From a virus (Duplodnaviria; Caudoviricetes), in IMG/VR virus record IMGVR_UViG_3300050033_000419, positions 1 through 57,437 of that record: a stretch of DNA of 57,437 bases; one strand, 5' to 3'. Made by a program: the position numbers and the translations under genes. The notes beneath the pieces are model-generated. The model was not told the origin of the DNA. It did not search any database and worked only from the letters and a program-made list of their open reading frames with translations. Below, piece by piece: positions 48,787 to 57,437 of this stretch (positions within the stretch are counted from its first letter, which is position 1; each line of letters starts with the position of its first letter).

Positions 48787-51486
48787 CTAGGCTCCGTTAA
48801 CGCTGAAGGTGTTGGGCGAAGAATTGTTGACGCTTACCAATTCGTCGTAGGAAGCTGCGAAGCCGTTCATATAGACGTCGGCAGTGCCTCCTGTGGGGGT
48901 GAAGGAATAAGCCACGCAATCAGCCAGCGAGTTCTGCTGGGTGCCGATCTTGTTGTAAGCCGCGAACTTCAGATCGACCGTTTTCCCGATCCACTGCGCG
49001 GGCAGGGCGATCTTAAAAGTCTGCGAATCGATCGCCGCGAAGCGCGAGCCGGTCGGATGGTCCATGGCCGCCGTCCCCTGCACGGCGCGCCGGATGTAGG
49101 TGCCCAGCGAGTAATGCTCGGCCGAGGTCAGGGTGACTGCCGTGGGGCACACCACCTCGAAGGGGACATCGATGCTGCCGGAGGTTCCTCCCACATAGCA
49201 GGGGTCAGCAAAGCCGTCGGCAATCTGCGTGCTCTGCGTCGAGAGTGCGCCATCCGACTCGGAAAGGTCTACCGCCAGCGTGTGCGTGGTATCCGGGTCG
49301 GTGGCCGAAGGAAAATCGGCTGTCAGATCGCCGGTGTTGGCAGGCCCGATGTTGCCCAGCGGACTATACGTCGCGCCACCATCAACGGAGACGAACGCCA
49401 GGCAGCCTCCATAGTTCTGATCCGAGCCGCTGATCAGCATCCACACTTCCGGGCCCGAACCGGCTGGCAACATGTCCGCGGGCGGTTCAAAGATGATCGG
49501 GGTATTCACCAAGCCCGGGTTTACATTCACATTCACCAGCGTGCCGGACGCAGCACTGGTGGCCTGCACGTCGGGGTGGTTCAGACCATAGACGAAGAGG
49601 TCGGCGGTGATCGTCAGCGACCGATCCTCGTTCTCTTTGACGTCGGTAATGCGCACCGGCACCTTCACCAGGCCGAGGCGCGGATCGGTGATGGTAACGA
49701 GATCCATAGCCTCAAGGTGCATCCACTCGGCAGTAAGTTTGAAGGTGTACTCATTCACGCCGGCAGCGCCGCGCTTGGCCAGGATGGAACCGATTGCCTG
49801 CGCCTGCACGGCGCTGTGAATGCTCAGAAGCGCCTTTGAGCCCGAGGGTGCATTCACTCCCAGGTCGGCTGCGTCGAGAGTTCCTCCCTTGCGTGGACCA
49901 TAGAGCGCGACGCCCATGGCGTCTGGCGCGGAGGTAACATTGTGGGCATAGTCTAGATCGCGCTCGATGTGCTCAATGGCGACCACGTTGTCGCAGCTCG
50001 CGCGCCGCTTGCGCTGGAAGGTAACGGGCGGGTTGTCTCCATCCTTCGCAAAGTTCCGGTCATCCAAATCCGCGATCGGGCCGCTGGCCGTGGGAGCAAT
50101 ATAGATCTCACCATTGCCGGCCGCGCTTACTTCGTCATAGCAGATGAACTTGAGCGTATCTCCCGAATAGACGGCGGCGGCGTTCTGAACGGTATTCAGT
50201 TCGTCGACCAGGTCTTTCGCGGTACGCTGCGAATCCTGGCAAAGCGAAACGGACATACTGTTGGCGTGACTCCACGCCCTGCAATTCTCCAGAGATCCGA
50301 CATCCACCAACAGACCGTTACCGGGAGGCCAGGACGGATTGATCGCGCCGCCATTGTCATAGTCGTTGAGATTGGCGCCATGCCCGATGATGCTGAGACC
50401 GCCGAAGTCCAGGCCGATCTCGGTGATCTGCAGGGTGCTGCTGATGCCCTGGGAATTGACGAAGGACCATAGCGCGGAACCGCTCGCCACGACCGAGCAG
50501 GTTTCCTGGTTATCGGTGAAGAGGCCTCCGCCGCCGTTGATGGGCAGACCTACGGCGTTGTTCGCCAGGATCGTCAGGGCGCCCGCGGTGATCGTATCCG
50601 CGTCGACGATCGCGCAATCCCAGTAGCCGTCTCCACCCACCATGACGTAGTCCGCCAACACGGCAGAGAGGAAGGTGAAGTTGCTCGCGTACACCGGTGC
50701 GGGAATGCCTGTTGCGTCCGGCCGCAGGTGGAGGAAGCTGTTGTGATGCCCGCACTGGCCAAGCGTCGCCAGGGTGTTCGCGTTGATCTTCCAAAGGTGC
50801 CCGGAAAAGTAATCGCCCTGGCACGTCGCCCAGATGGCGCCGTCTTGCGGGCTGATTGCCAGGCCCGCGAAGCCCGCTCCGCAGGTCGCAATCGTGGACC
50901 ACAGCACGCTGCTGATGGCAGTGTTGGTGCTTGCGGAGAAGGTGCCGAGATGGGTGCCGTCGCAATATGCCAGGAAAGAACTTGCGCTATCGATTGCCAG
51001 TGGCGAAGCAGCCGCAAGCGAGACGCCCGTCACCGCCGCGCGGGTGCTCGAGCCGAGGGTGTAGCGGTAGACCAAGAAAGGCCCGCTCGAGCCCTCTACA
51101 CCCCACACAGTTTCCAACGCCTGGCTGAAAACATAGTTGTTCTGCGGGGCTGCCAGCGAGGACCCGAACGTTGACCAGTAGTCCTGAATTTTGGTAAGTG
51201 TTTGCCCATTCCACCGCTGAAAGATGGAATTGCTTTTGTCGATGATTACGAACTCATTCGCATCGACATTGGTGGCGAGGGCCGAGAAACCATAACCTAT
51301 GAGCACTCCCGGCACGGACACTGCCGCAACCACCGTGCGCGTGTTGAGCGAGAACTTCCGGATCTTCCCGTCGTTACAGGCATAGATGATCGACTGATCC
51401 GCCTCGACGTAGCCGAGCATCCAAGAGATATTCGACGATGACGGCGCCGGGAGGTTGATGTCGGTGATGTCGAAAGTTGTGCTCAT
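48787..51486 (-). CDS. Tail tip protein, C-terminal half (phage-tail_3-like) with added N-terminal beta-propeller-like region
   Basis: SLCQDSQ, LKFICY, LEAMDLVTITD, PIIFEPP, YGGC..FVSVDG, LKFAAYN. Confidence 0.8.
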   Translation of the reverse strand: MSTTFDITDINLPAPSSSNISWMLGYVEADQSIIYACNDGKIRKFSLNTRTVVAAVSVPGVLIGYGFSALATNVDANEFVIIDKSNSIFQRWNGQTLTKIQDYWSTFGSSLAAPQNNYVFSQALETVWGVEGSSGPFLVYRYTLGSSTRAAVTGVSLAAASPLAIDSASSFLAYCDGTHLGTFSASTNTAISSVLWSTIATCGAGFAGLAISPQDGAIWATCQGDYFSGHLWKINANTLATLGQCGHHNSFLHLRPDATGIPAPVYASNFTFLSAVLADYVMVGGDGYWDCAIVDADTITAGALTILANNAVGLPINGGGGLFTDNQETCSVVASGSALWSFVNSQGISSTLQITEIGLDFGGLSIIGHGANLNDYDNGGAINPSWPPGNGLLVDVGSLENCRAWSHANSMSVSLCQDSQRTAKDLVDELNTVQNAAAVYSGDTLKFICYDEVSAAGNGEIYIAPTASGPIADLDDRNFAKDGDNPPVTFQRKRRASCDNVVAIEHIERDLDYAHNVTSAPDAMGVALYGPRKGGTLDAADLGVNAPSGSKALLSIHSAVQAQAIGSILAKRGAAGVNEYTFKLTAEWMHLEAMDLVTITDPRLGLVKVPVRITDVKENEDRSLTITADLFVYGLNHPDVQATSAASGTLVNVNVNPGLVNTPIIFEPPADMLPAGSGPEVWMLISGSDQNYGGCLAFVSVDGGATYSPLGNIGPANTGDLTADFPSATDPDTTHTLAVDLSESDGALSTQSTQIADGFADPCYVGGTSGSIDVPFEVVCPTAVTLTSAEHYSLGTYIRRAVQGTAAMDHPTGSRFAAIDSQTFKIALPAQWIGKTVDLKFAAYNKIGTQQNSLADCVAYSFTPTGGTADVYMNGFAASYDELVSVNNSSPNTFSVNGA

Positions 51487-51497
51487 TTATTCTCGGG

Positions 51498-53681
51498 TTA
51501 CGGCAGCCACAGAACGTTGGCCTTCACTTTGACTTCAAACGGCTGGTAGATCTTCTTCGAATCGAGCTGAATAGCGGGATCGAGATAGTGGCTCTGATAC
51601 TTAGCGATTGCGGCCTGTGTCACGCCGATCTTGTGGGTCGCTCCGTTGAGCGTCAGCGTGTCGTGGGTGACCGTGCCTGCTACTGGATCGAGATCAAACA
51701 GCGCGTCCACGATCATGTAAGAGTTCTCAACCGCATTGACGGGAATTCCGCTGTCTATCCAAGCGCCCCCGGCGTGGCCGATGTAGTGGAAATAGTGCCA
51801 AGAGTTGTATGCGCCCCAAGCCATGTTGTAGGTGTAGTGGCCGTCGCTGAATTGCAACTGGAATTCGAAGCCCTGGCTCTTCGCGAGGCTCCCAGTCGGA
51901 TACATAAACTCCATGTGATACTTGAACTGCTTCGGCGTTGCGGTTGGGTGACCCGCAATATTCGGAATCCGCCAGTAGTAATCGTCATAAGCGCTGGCCG
52001 GAACGACAGCAAAGGTTTCGCTGCCATCCCCGTTGGCGGTCTTCGACCAACTACCATGTGTCCCGCCACCACCTCCGGTATCGCCGAGGCTGCCATCCTG
52101 CTCCCAAGCCGACGACGACTGGATATTATTAATCGCGACCCAGCTACCGCTGCCTACGCCACCGCCGCCGCTACCCGAGCCGGTGGGAGCTAGTGAGACG
52201 TTGAACAACGTATTCGCGCCCGCACCCACCACGTAGATCGACTTCGCATAGGTGGTGTAGCCGGTGTCGCTGACAGTGAAGGTGTAGGTGCCATACGCCA
52301 CCGACGAGAATGACCAGCTGCCGTCCGCTGCGGTGGTGGTACTACCTCCTGAGTAAGAAACCGTTGCGCCCGAGACCGGCAGTCCCGTGCTCTGGTCGGT
52401 AACCACACCGCTCACCGTTCCCGTGCCGCTCGGCGTGACTGGAGTGGTGCTGGTGTAGTTCTGCGGCGCTAGCTGGACGAGTACCGGGCCGCTGGCCAGA
52501 ATGTCGATGATAATGTCGGCTGGGTCGCAGTCGCCGCTCGGCCATAGGACGAACGTGCCCACCGTCTCAAGGTTCAGGTTCGGCATGGCATTAGCCGCGC
52601 CGAGATCGAAGCGCACCGAGCCGAGGCCGGTAACCCAGTTCTGAATCAACTGTTGACCAGGATGCGCGGCATACTCAGCACCGCTGGCAAAGGCTGGTTC
52701 TAATTCCAGGTTGAGTAACTGCAGCGGGGTATCCGTGCTCGTTCCGAAGGTGCCATCGGACTTATAGATTGCCGGAACACCGTAATAGACGGTGATCGGC
52801 AGCCCTTCGAGTCCGGGTGGAAAGTAGATGGTAGGGTCAGAATGATTTCCTGCCCACCACCAGGAATAAGGATCGCGCGCGCGATACGCGCCAGCATCGA
52901 TGCGCCCGGGTACGGCATATCCCGCATCCCACAGCGGGCGCTCCCAAGTACCGAAGACCTCGACGAGGCCCGGACCACCAAAGTCATTGAAACTTGCCGA
53001 GAACCTCTCCGCCACCGTACAGCCGACGATGCCGGCGAGCACTGCAGCCGAGCCTGAACCGGTGGCCCGGTAATAGATGACCAGGATGTCGCCGTGCTGA
53101 GCGGCGTTGAAGCTGTAATTGCCAGCATCGTCGACGCTGTACTGCCCGGCGCCCGGCGGATAAGCCGCAGGCTGTAACGGGATGGCAGCGGCGCTTACCG
53201 CATTCAGATCGCTGACGAAGTTCGAGACGGTGACCGTGTACGGCCCCGTCGCCGGCACATTGCCGTTGTAGATAACGCCGCTATTGCCTCCCACCGGGAT
53301 GAAGGTGAACTTGCCGCCGGCAACGACGCCGCTCGCGCTGCAGCGCACGACCGCGAGCTTTTGATTGTTGTAGTACGCGCTGAGGACGTTGCGGATCGGC
53401 GCGTGGCCCAGCACCAGGTCAAGCGTGGCTGAGTAGTACTTTGTTCCCGACTTCTTCGACGACTTGCCCGACTTCTTGCCGCTGCCGCCGCCACCCACCA
53501 CCAACCAAAGCGCGGAGTTCGTGGGATTGTCGTTCGCTTGCCAATCGTTGTACCAGACCAGGTCGGGCGTGGAGAGAGTGGTGCCATAGACCAGCTTGAC
53601 GGCCTTGCCGTACACGGATTGGCTGACGTTGATGCCGTGTGGCTTGGTCAGCGAGCTGGTGTTGGTGCCGCCCTTAAACAT
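51498..53681 (-). CDS. Tail tip protein, N-terminal half, with carboxypeptidase-regulatory-like and C-terminal beta domains
   Basis: QSVYGKAVKLVYG, MPNLNLE, DPADIIIDIL; GTVSGVVTD..TG.PVSGATV. Confidence 0.8.
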   Translation of the reverse strand: MFKGGTNTSSLTKPHGINVSQSVYGKAVKLVYGTTLSTPDLVWYNDWQANDNPTNSALWLVVGGGGSGKKSGKSSKKSGTKYYSATLDLVLGHAPIRNVLSAYYNNQKLAVVRCSASGVVAGGKFTFIPVGGNSGVIYNGNVPATGPYTVTVSNFVSDLNAVSAAAIPLQPAAYPPGAGQYSVDDAGNYSFNAAQHGDILVIYYRATGSGSAAVLAGIVGCTVAERFSASFNDFGGPGLVEVFGTWERPLWDAGYAVPGRIDAGAYRARDPYSWWWAGNHSDPTIYFPPGLEGLPITVYYGVPAIYKSDGTFGTSTDTPLQLLNLELEPAFASGAEYAAHPGQQLIQNWVTGLGSVRFDLGAANAMPNLNLETVGTFVLWPSGDCDPADIIIDILASGPVLVQLAPQNYTSTTPVTPSGTGTVSGVVTDQSTGLPVSGATVSYSGGSTTTAADGSWSFSSVAYGTYTFTVSDTGYTTYAKSIYVVGAGANTLFNVSLAPTGSGSGGGGVGSGSWVAINNIQSSSAWEQDGSLGDTGGGGGTHGSWSKTANGDGSETFAVVPASAYDDYYWRIPNIAGHPTATPKQFKYHMEFMYPTGSLAKSQGFEFQLQFSDGHYTYNMAWGAYNSWHYFHYIGHAGGAWIDSGIPVNAVENSYMIVDALFDLDPVAGTVTHDTLTLNGATHKIGVTQAAIAKYQSHYLDPAIQLDSKKIYQPFEVKVKANVLWLP

Positions 53682-54135
53682 GGGATCCCCAGAAGTCGAA
53701 ATAGCGAAGCTTCTTCCTGCCGTACTGCGGCGAGAGGAAGACGTTGTTCCACACCGTGACGCAATGCTCGTTCGCGGCGCCGATGACTTTTGGCCAATCC
53801 ATCACCAGCGCCGAATGTCCCCAATCCATGCCCAACTTGGCGACCACCATGCTCGCTGGCTTCGGCGTCCGCCCCGCTTGCGGCTCGTACTCGGTGGCGA
53901 ACTGCTCGATCAGCTTGATAAAGCTTTCATCTGAGTGGTGCAGGAACCATTGCGGCGAAAGGTGCGGTAGTTTTGCGATGTCGATCTGCCGCACTCCGGC
54001 GCCGTTGAGTGCTGCAGCAATGAAGCGTCCGCAATCCACACCCACGCCCTTGATGGCGGCTTCCCACACAAAGGGCGTGCCCCTCCAAGTGAGGGCTTCG
54101 GTGATGACCGCTCGGCGTTCTTGCTGCTCCGTCAT
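53674..54135 (-). CDS. NlpC/P60 tail assembly peptidase
   Basis: EALTWRGTPF...GVGVDCGRF...GHSAL. Confidence 0.88.
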   Translation of the reverse strand: MTEQQERRAVITEALTWRGTPFVWEAAIKGVGVDCGRFIAAALNGAGVRQIDIAKLPHLSPQWFLHHSDESFIKLIEQFATEYEPQAGRTPKPASMVVAKLGMDWGHSALVMDWPKVIGAANEHCVTVWNNVFLSPQYGRKKLRYFDFWGSHV

Positions 54136-55073
54136 GCGATCACCACGCTCGAATTCACCGCGCTGGGCACAAACGGGAAACAGGCGACGCCGGCGCCCGC
54201 TGCCACCGCACCCGAGAAGTCACGCGGCACCGGAACACGTGCGTCGAGCAAATCGCCCGTGGTAGCCGCAAACGGCAATGGCTCACTCAGGTAAAAGGCG
54301 TGGTGGCCGCTCTCCACTGTCTGCTGGCGAATGCGACGATAGGTTCCCCCGAGTTGGCCAGTCGTGATAACCAGGTACCCAGCGTCATAAGTATCGGCGG
54401 GCATAGTCGGCGAAGCATCAGCGTAGATCTTGGAAGGCGTTGACCCGCTCGCGATGGTGAAGAATGACGGTGCGCCCGCGGGAATCATGCCCACGGAGTA
54501 CTGCGCGAAGATGTTGGTCGGCTCGATCAGGTTCGTGGGCACCTGAATGTTCAAGGTCTCCATGCGGCTGATGACCGAGATCTTTACGTTGAGCCGGTCG
54601 GGTTGCAGATCGCCGATGCGTCCGCTGAACAGCAGGCAGGCCCCAAGGCTATTGGCGTCGCCCGGAGTCAGCATTACGCAGCGCCACACTTCGAGCACGC
54701 CATTATCGAATACACCCGCCCCAAAGCCCTGTAGCGCGGTAAGCAGTGTGACCGCCGGACTGCCGCCATCATCGGCCAGAATATCCGTCAACTGCGGCGA
54801 CCAGGTCACGTCGAGCGTGTCGGCGTCGAGACCAATCTTCGACTCCACTCCGCCGCGCGAGATGGTGGCCGGATTGAAGCGACCGTATTGGTCCCACAGC
54901 AGTGGCCGCTGATAGTCGGTGAGCAGGAACTGCTTGCCCATGTACTGCCCGGCATAATTCGGTGCCGTGTTGATGACGTAAAGGTCGGCGAGAAGCAGCA
55001 TCCGGTTGGCCGCGAGGTAGGTTTGCACCGCCAGCGTGCTGTCTAGGCCGTTCCCGTCGGTGAAGGCTCTCAT
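54132..55073 (-). CDS. Baseplate hub protein (DUF2163, GTA-like)
   Basis: LADLY, ISRG..ESKIGLD, GVFDNG, LFSGRI, FPFVP; synteny. Confidence 0.75.
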   Translation of the reverse strand: MRAFTDGNGLDSTLAVQTYLAANRMLLLADLYVINTAPNYAGQYMGKQFLLTDYQRPLLWDQYGRFNPATISRGGVESKIGLDADTLDVTWSPQLTDILADDGGSPAVTLLTALQGFGAGVFDNGVLEVWRCVMLTPGDANSLGACLLFSGRIGDLQPDRLNVKISVISRMETLNIQVPTNLIEPTNIFAQYSVGMIPAGAPSFFTIASGSTPSKIYADASPTMPADTYDAGYLVITTGQLGGTYRRIRQQTVESGHHAFYLSEPLPFAATTGDLLDARVPVPRDFSGAVAAGAGVACFPFVPSAVNSSVVIA

Positions 55074-55759
55074 ACGCGCGTCCCCACGAGCTGCACCTGC
55101 TGCGCGTTCCAGAGCAGGGCATGCCACATATCCAGTTCCTGCTCGTCTTGTGCGAACCGCACCCGGTAAAGCCACCCGAAGTTGGCGGTGATGGGACCAC
55201 TCACACTGCTGAGGAACTGCACGACCCAGCCGCTATAAGCAATGCCGTTGTTATCCAGTATTCCCGTGCCTGTTTGGGCTGGGGAATAGACCACATAATC
55301 CGTGTTAAGCGTCAGTGTGGTTCCGGCGTTCTTGATGACCGGGAGGATCGGATTGCCCGAGCCATCAATGCTGAGTTCGTAGATCAACTCGGTGGTGCTG
55401 GTACCTGGCTTGGTGCGCACCAGCGGCGCGCCGTTATTCACATCGACGGCGAGCGCCTGGCCAGTGACGGACGATTCCACAGGGTCGCTGGTGATCGCGC
55501 CGGCGTCGAGCAGGAAGGAATCGAACTGCCCCTGGCGCGCCATGAAGAATGCTTCCAGAACGCTCAACTCGTCGTGCGCGAGGTATCCCTTGCGCAGGAT
55601 GGCATAGTTCAATTCAAACTTATAGATAGCATCGGAGCCCATGGAGAGGCGCGTCTCGTAGCCAGGCGCGGCTGCGGGCTGCACCAATGTTTTGTAGGTG
55701 GGTGTCTTCTTCAGCGACCACGACAAACCGTGAAGGTGGGGAAAGAGTAGATTGCTCAT
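55070..55759 (-). CDS. Distal tail protein (DUF2460)
   Basis: FPHLHGLSW..KTP, FFMARQGQFDSFL, YRVRF. Confidence 0.85.
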   Translation of the reverse strand: MSNLLFPHLHGLSWSLKKTPTYKTLVQPAAAPGYETRLSMGSDAIYKFELNYAILRKGYLAHDELSVLEAFFMARQGQFDSFLLDAGAITSDPVESSVTGQALAVDVNNGAPLVRTKPGTSTTELIYELSIDGSGNPILPVIKNAGTTLTLNTDYVVYSPAQTGTGILDNNGIAYSGWVVQFLSSVSGPITANFGWLYRVRFAQDEQELDMWHALLWNAQQVQLVGTRV

Positions 55760-57437
55760 TTGCGAATCACCCCGCCCGAGCGGAACTCTGCCTTCACACG
55801 TGCGACGGCAAGATCAGCAGCCTCCTTGGGGCTGGAGACGTTGTGGAAGTGGATGTCGCCACCGTAGTAGTGATTCGTGTCGCCGCCGCTGCTGGATCCG
55901 CCACCGCCCAGCGCGAGCGCCGGACTGCCATAGCCACCACCGCCGCTGGGGGCGGTACGGAAGAACTCGGACATGTTTTCAAGGCCAGCCTTGAAGCGTG
56001 CCGGGAGGACCTTCTCGTCCTTGTGCAGCATGGCCATCTGATCTTCGGGGACGTCGTAGCCGCCAGCCGCCGAAGCGATCGCGCCGAACGCCATCACCCC
56101 CACAAATGCCGCCGCCGCCGCCACCGGTGCCAGAAACGGCCCCACGACCGGGATGTCGCTGACAGATTCGTAAGCCTTGGCCGCTGCGACCGCCGCGGAG
56201 TGCATGATCTTTTTGAGCGCCGCCGCGCTGGAAATTGCGGTAGATTGCGATTCCGCTGTGGTGTCGCTCGCAACCTTCGCCTGGTTGGCCGCAGTGTGCG
56301 CGACCAGGCCTTCCACTTCGAGCACGATCTGCTTTGCGACCATCTGAGTGAGAGCCTCGACGACCGACTTCAGCATATTGGCGCCCATTTGCGCCCAGGC
56401 GCGAGAGACGCTCTCGGTGCCAAGGATCATCGCGCTGAAGCCGCTGCTCATCGAGCTTTGAATGCCGGAGAAGGCACTGCTGAGAGCGGTGTGCATACGC
56501 TGCGCGGAGCTCTCTGCCATCTGCTGACTCTGCTGGAAGAACACCCGCATGCCGTCCATGGCGCTGCCGGTCCGCAGCTTCTCTTCATCCAGCGACTTGT
56601 TGAGATCGTCGATGCCCTTCTTGAGCGCGGCAGCGTAAGCCGTGCCGTCGAGCTTGCCGGCCAGGTGCAACTGCCGGATCTGCTCGAGTTCTTTGCGGTA
56701 CCGCTCGGCTGGGTCAATGGTGCCGGTGAGCTTTTCCTTTTCCAGCTCGAGGCCGCGGTTGAACTCGTCCTGGGTGATGTTGCCGTCACGCAGCAAGGTG
56801 GTCAGCTTCGCCTGCGTGTCGGCAAACGCCTCGGCCGCCGTGCGCGTCTGCTGGTACACCTGCGCGCCCATCTGATTGCGCGCACCCGCATCCTGACCGA
56901 GCTTGATGTTTGCGGCGCCTTGCTGCACGGCCCCGGTAGCGGTAGGCGTGGCTGCGGGCAGGGCCAGAAGGCTGTCGATCGTCTTCTTCGGACCGCCCTC
57001 GATCTCGGCTGTAGTGATCAGGGCCGCTTGTTTGATCTTGAGATGATCCTCCGCGGCAGCGAGCTTGTTAACCGCGTCGTTCAGATCTTCCCAAATGCGC
57101 TCCGGGTGCGAGGCGCGGAAGTCTTCGAGCTCCTGCCGGAGGTGCTGGATGTTGCTGATCTCGGCGGCGAGTGGATCCTTGCCTTCGGTGTTGAGCGAGC
57201 TGCGAACTTTCTCAAGAAGGCCGTCAATCTCTTTCTCAACCTTGGAGAAATCGAGACCGCCGCCGAACTGCGGAACCGTGCCGGCGCCGCCGAGTTTGCT
57301 GGCAAACTTCTTCTGTGCGGCATCGAGATCGGAGAAAAACTTGTCTTCCTGTTTGTGCAGCTCCGCGATCTGCTTGTCGATGTCTTCGTTCTCGGAGGCC
57401 TTGCGCTCCGCATCGATCGCATCGGGCGCTTCGAGCT
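55756..57437 (-). CDS. Tail tape measure protein, C-terminal part
   Basis: Open frame from the window end; IPVVGPFLAP, SAAGGYDVP, MLHKDEKVLPA. Confidence 0.88.
   Translation of the reverse strand, partial: LEAPDAIDAERKASENEDIDKQIAELHKQEDKFFSDLDAAQKKFASKLGGAGTVPQFGGGLDFSKVEKEIDGLLEKVRSSLNTEGKDPLAAEISNIQHLRQELEDFRASHPERIWEDLNDAVNKLAAAEDHLKIKQAALITTAEIEGGPKKTIDSLLALPAATPTATGAVQQGAANIKLGQDAGARNQMGAQVYQQTRTAAEAFADTQAKLTTLLRDGNITQDEFNRGLELEKEKLTGTIDPAERYRKELEQIRQLHLAGKLDGTAYAAALKKGIDDLNKSLDEEKLRTGSAMDGMRVFFQQSQQMAESSAQRMHTALSSAFSGIQSSMSSGFSAMILGTESVSRAWAQMGANMLKSVVEALTQMVAKQIVLEVEGLVAHTAANQAKVASDTTAESQSTAISSAAALKKIMHSAAVAAAKAYESVSDIPVVGPFLAPVAAAAAFVGVMAFGAIASAAGGYDVPEDQMAMLHKDEKVLPARFKAGLENMSEFFRTAPSGGGGYGSPALALGGGGSSSGGDTNHYYGGDIHFHNVSSPKEAADLAVARVKAEFRSGGVIRK

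Overview
Apparently complete, circularly assembled ~57 kb HK97/lambda-like siphophage genome: bases 155-281 repeat the last 127 bases, and the tape-measure gene is split across the window ends. All credible genes but one are on the minus strand. An Acidobacteriota host is inferred from an 8/4-type tRNA-Ser, an Acidobacteria-like nucleoid protein and chitobiase/Fn3-associated domains. Transcription order: early/replication genes (37.8 to 18.2 kb), a LuxR/tRNA island, HNH-terminase-portal-ClpP protease-capsid, a neck module interrupted by three GT2 glycosyltransferases and an FkbM methyltransferase, tail, GTA-like tail tip, lysis genes and signal-peptide-bearing adhesin-like proteins. No integrase or classical CI repressor is visible. 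Best candidate for an undescribed system: ORFs rich in the cognate amino acid translate into the phage tRNA genes (a mixed-codon Ser run into tRNA-Ser; a Thr-rich leader peptide with its own SD through tRNA-Thr), suggesting tRNA release on demand when ribosomes stall. An orphan tmRNA-tag-like element follows. Also notable: an HNH endonuclease fully overprinted inside an intact DUF5131 gene, a split tail-tip gene whose added domain has a free paralog, and parS- and dif-like host sites. All family calls come from motif recognition by eye, not database searches.
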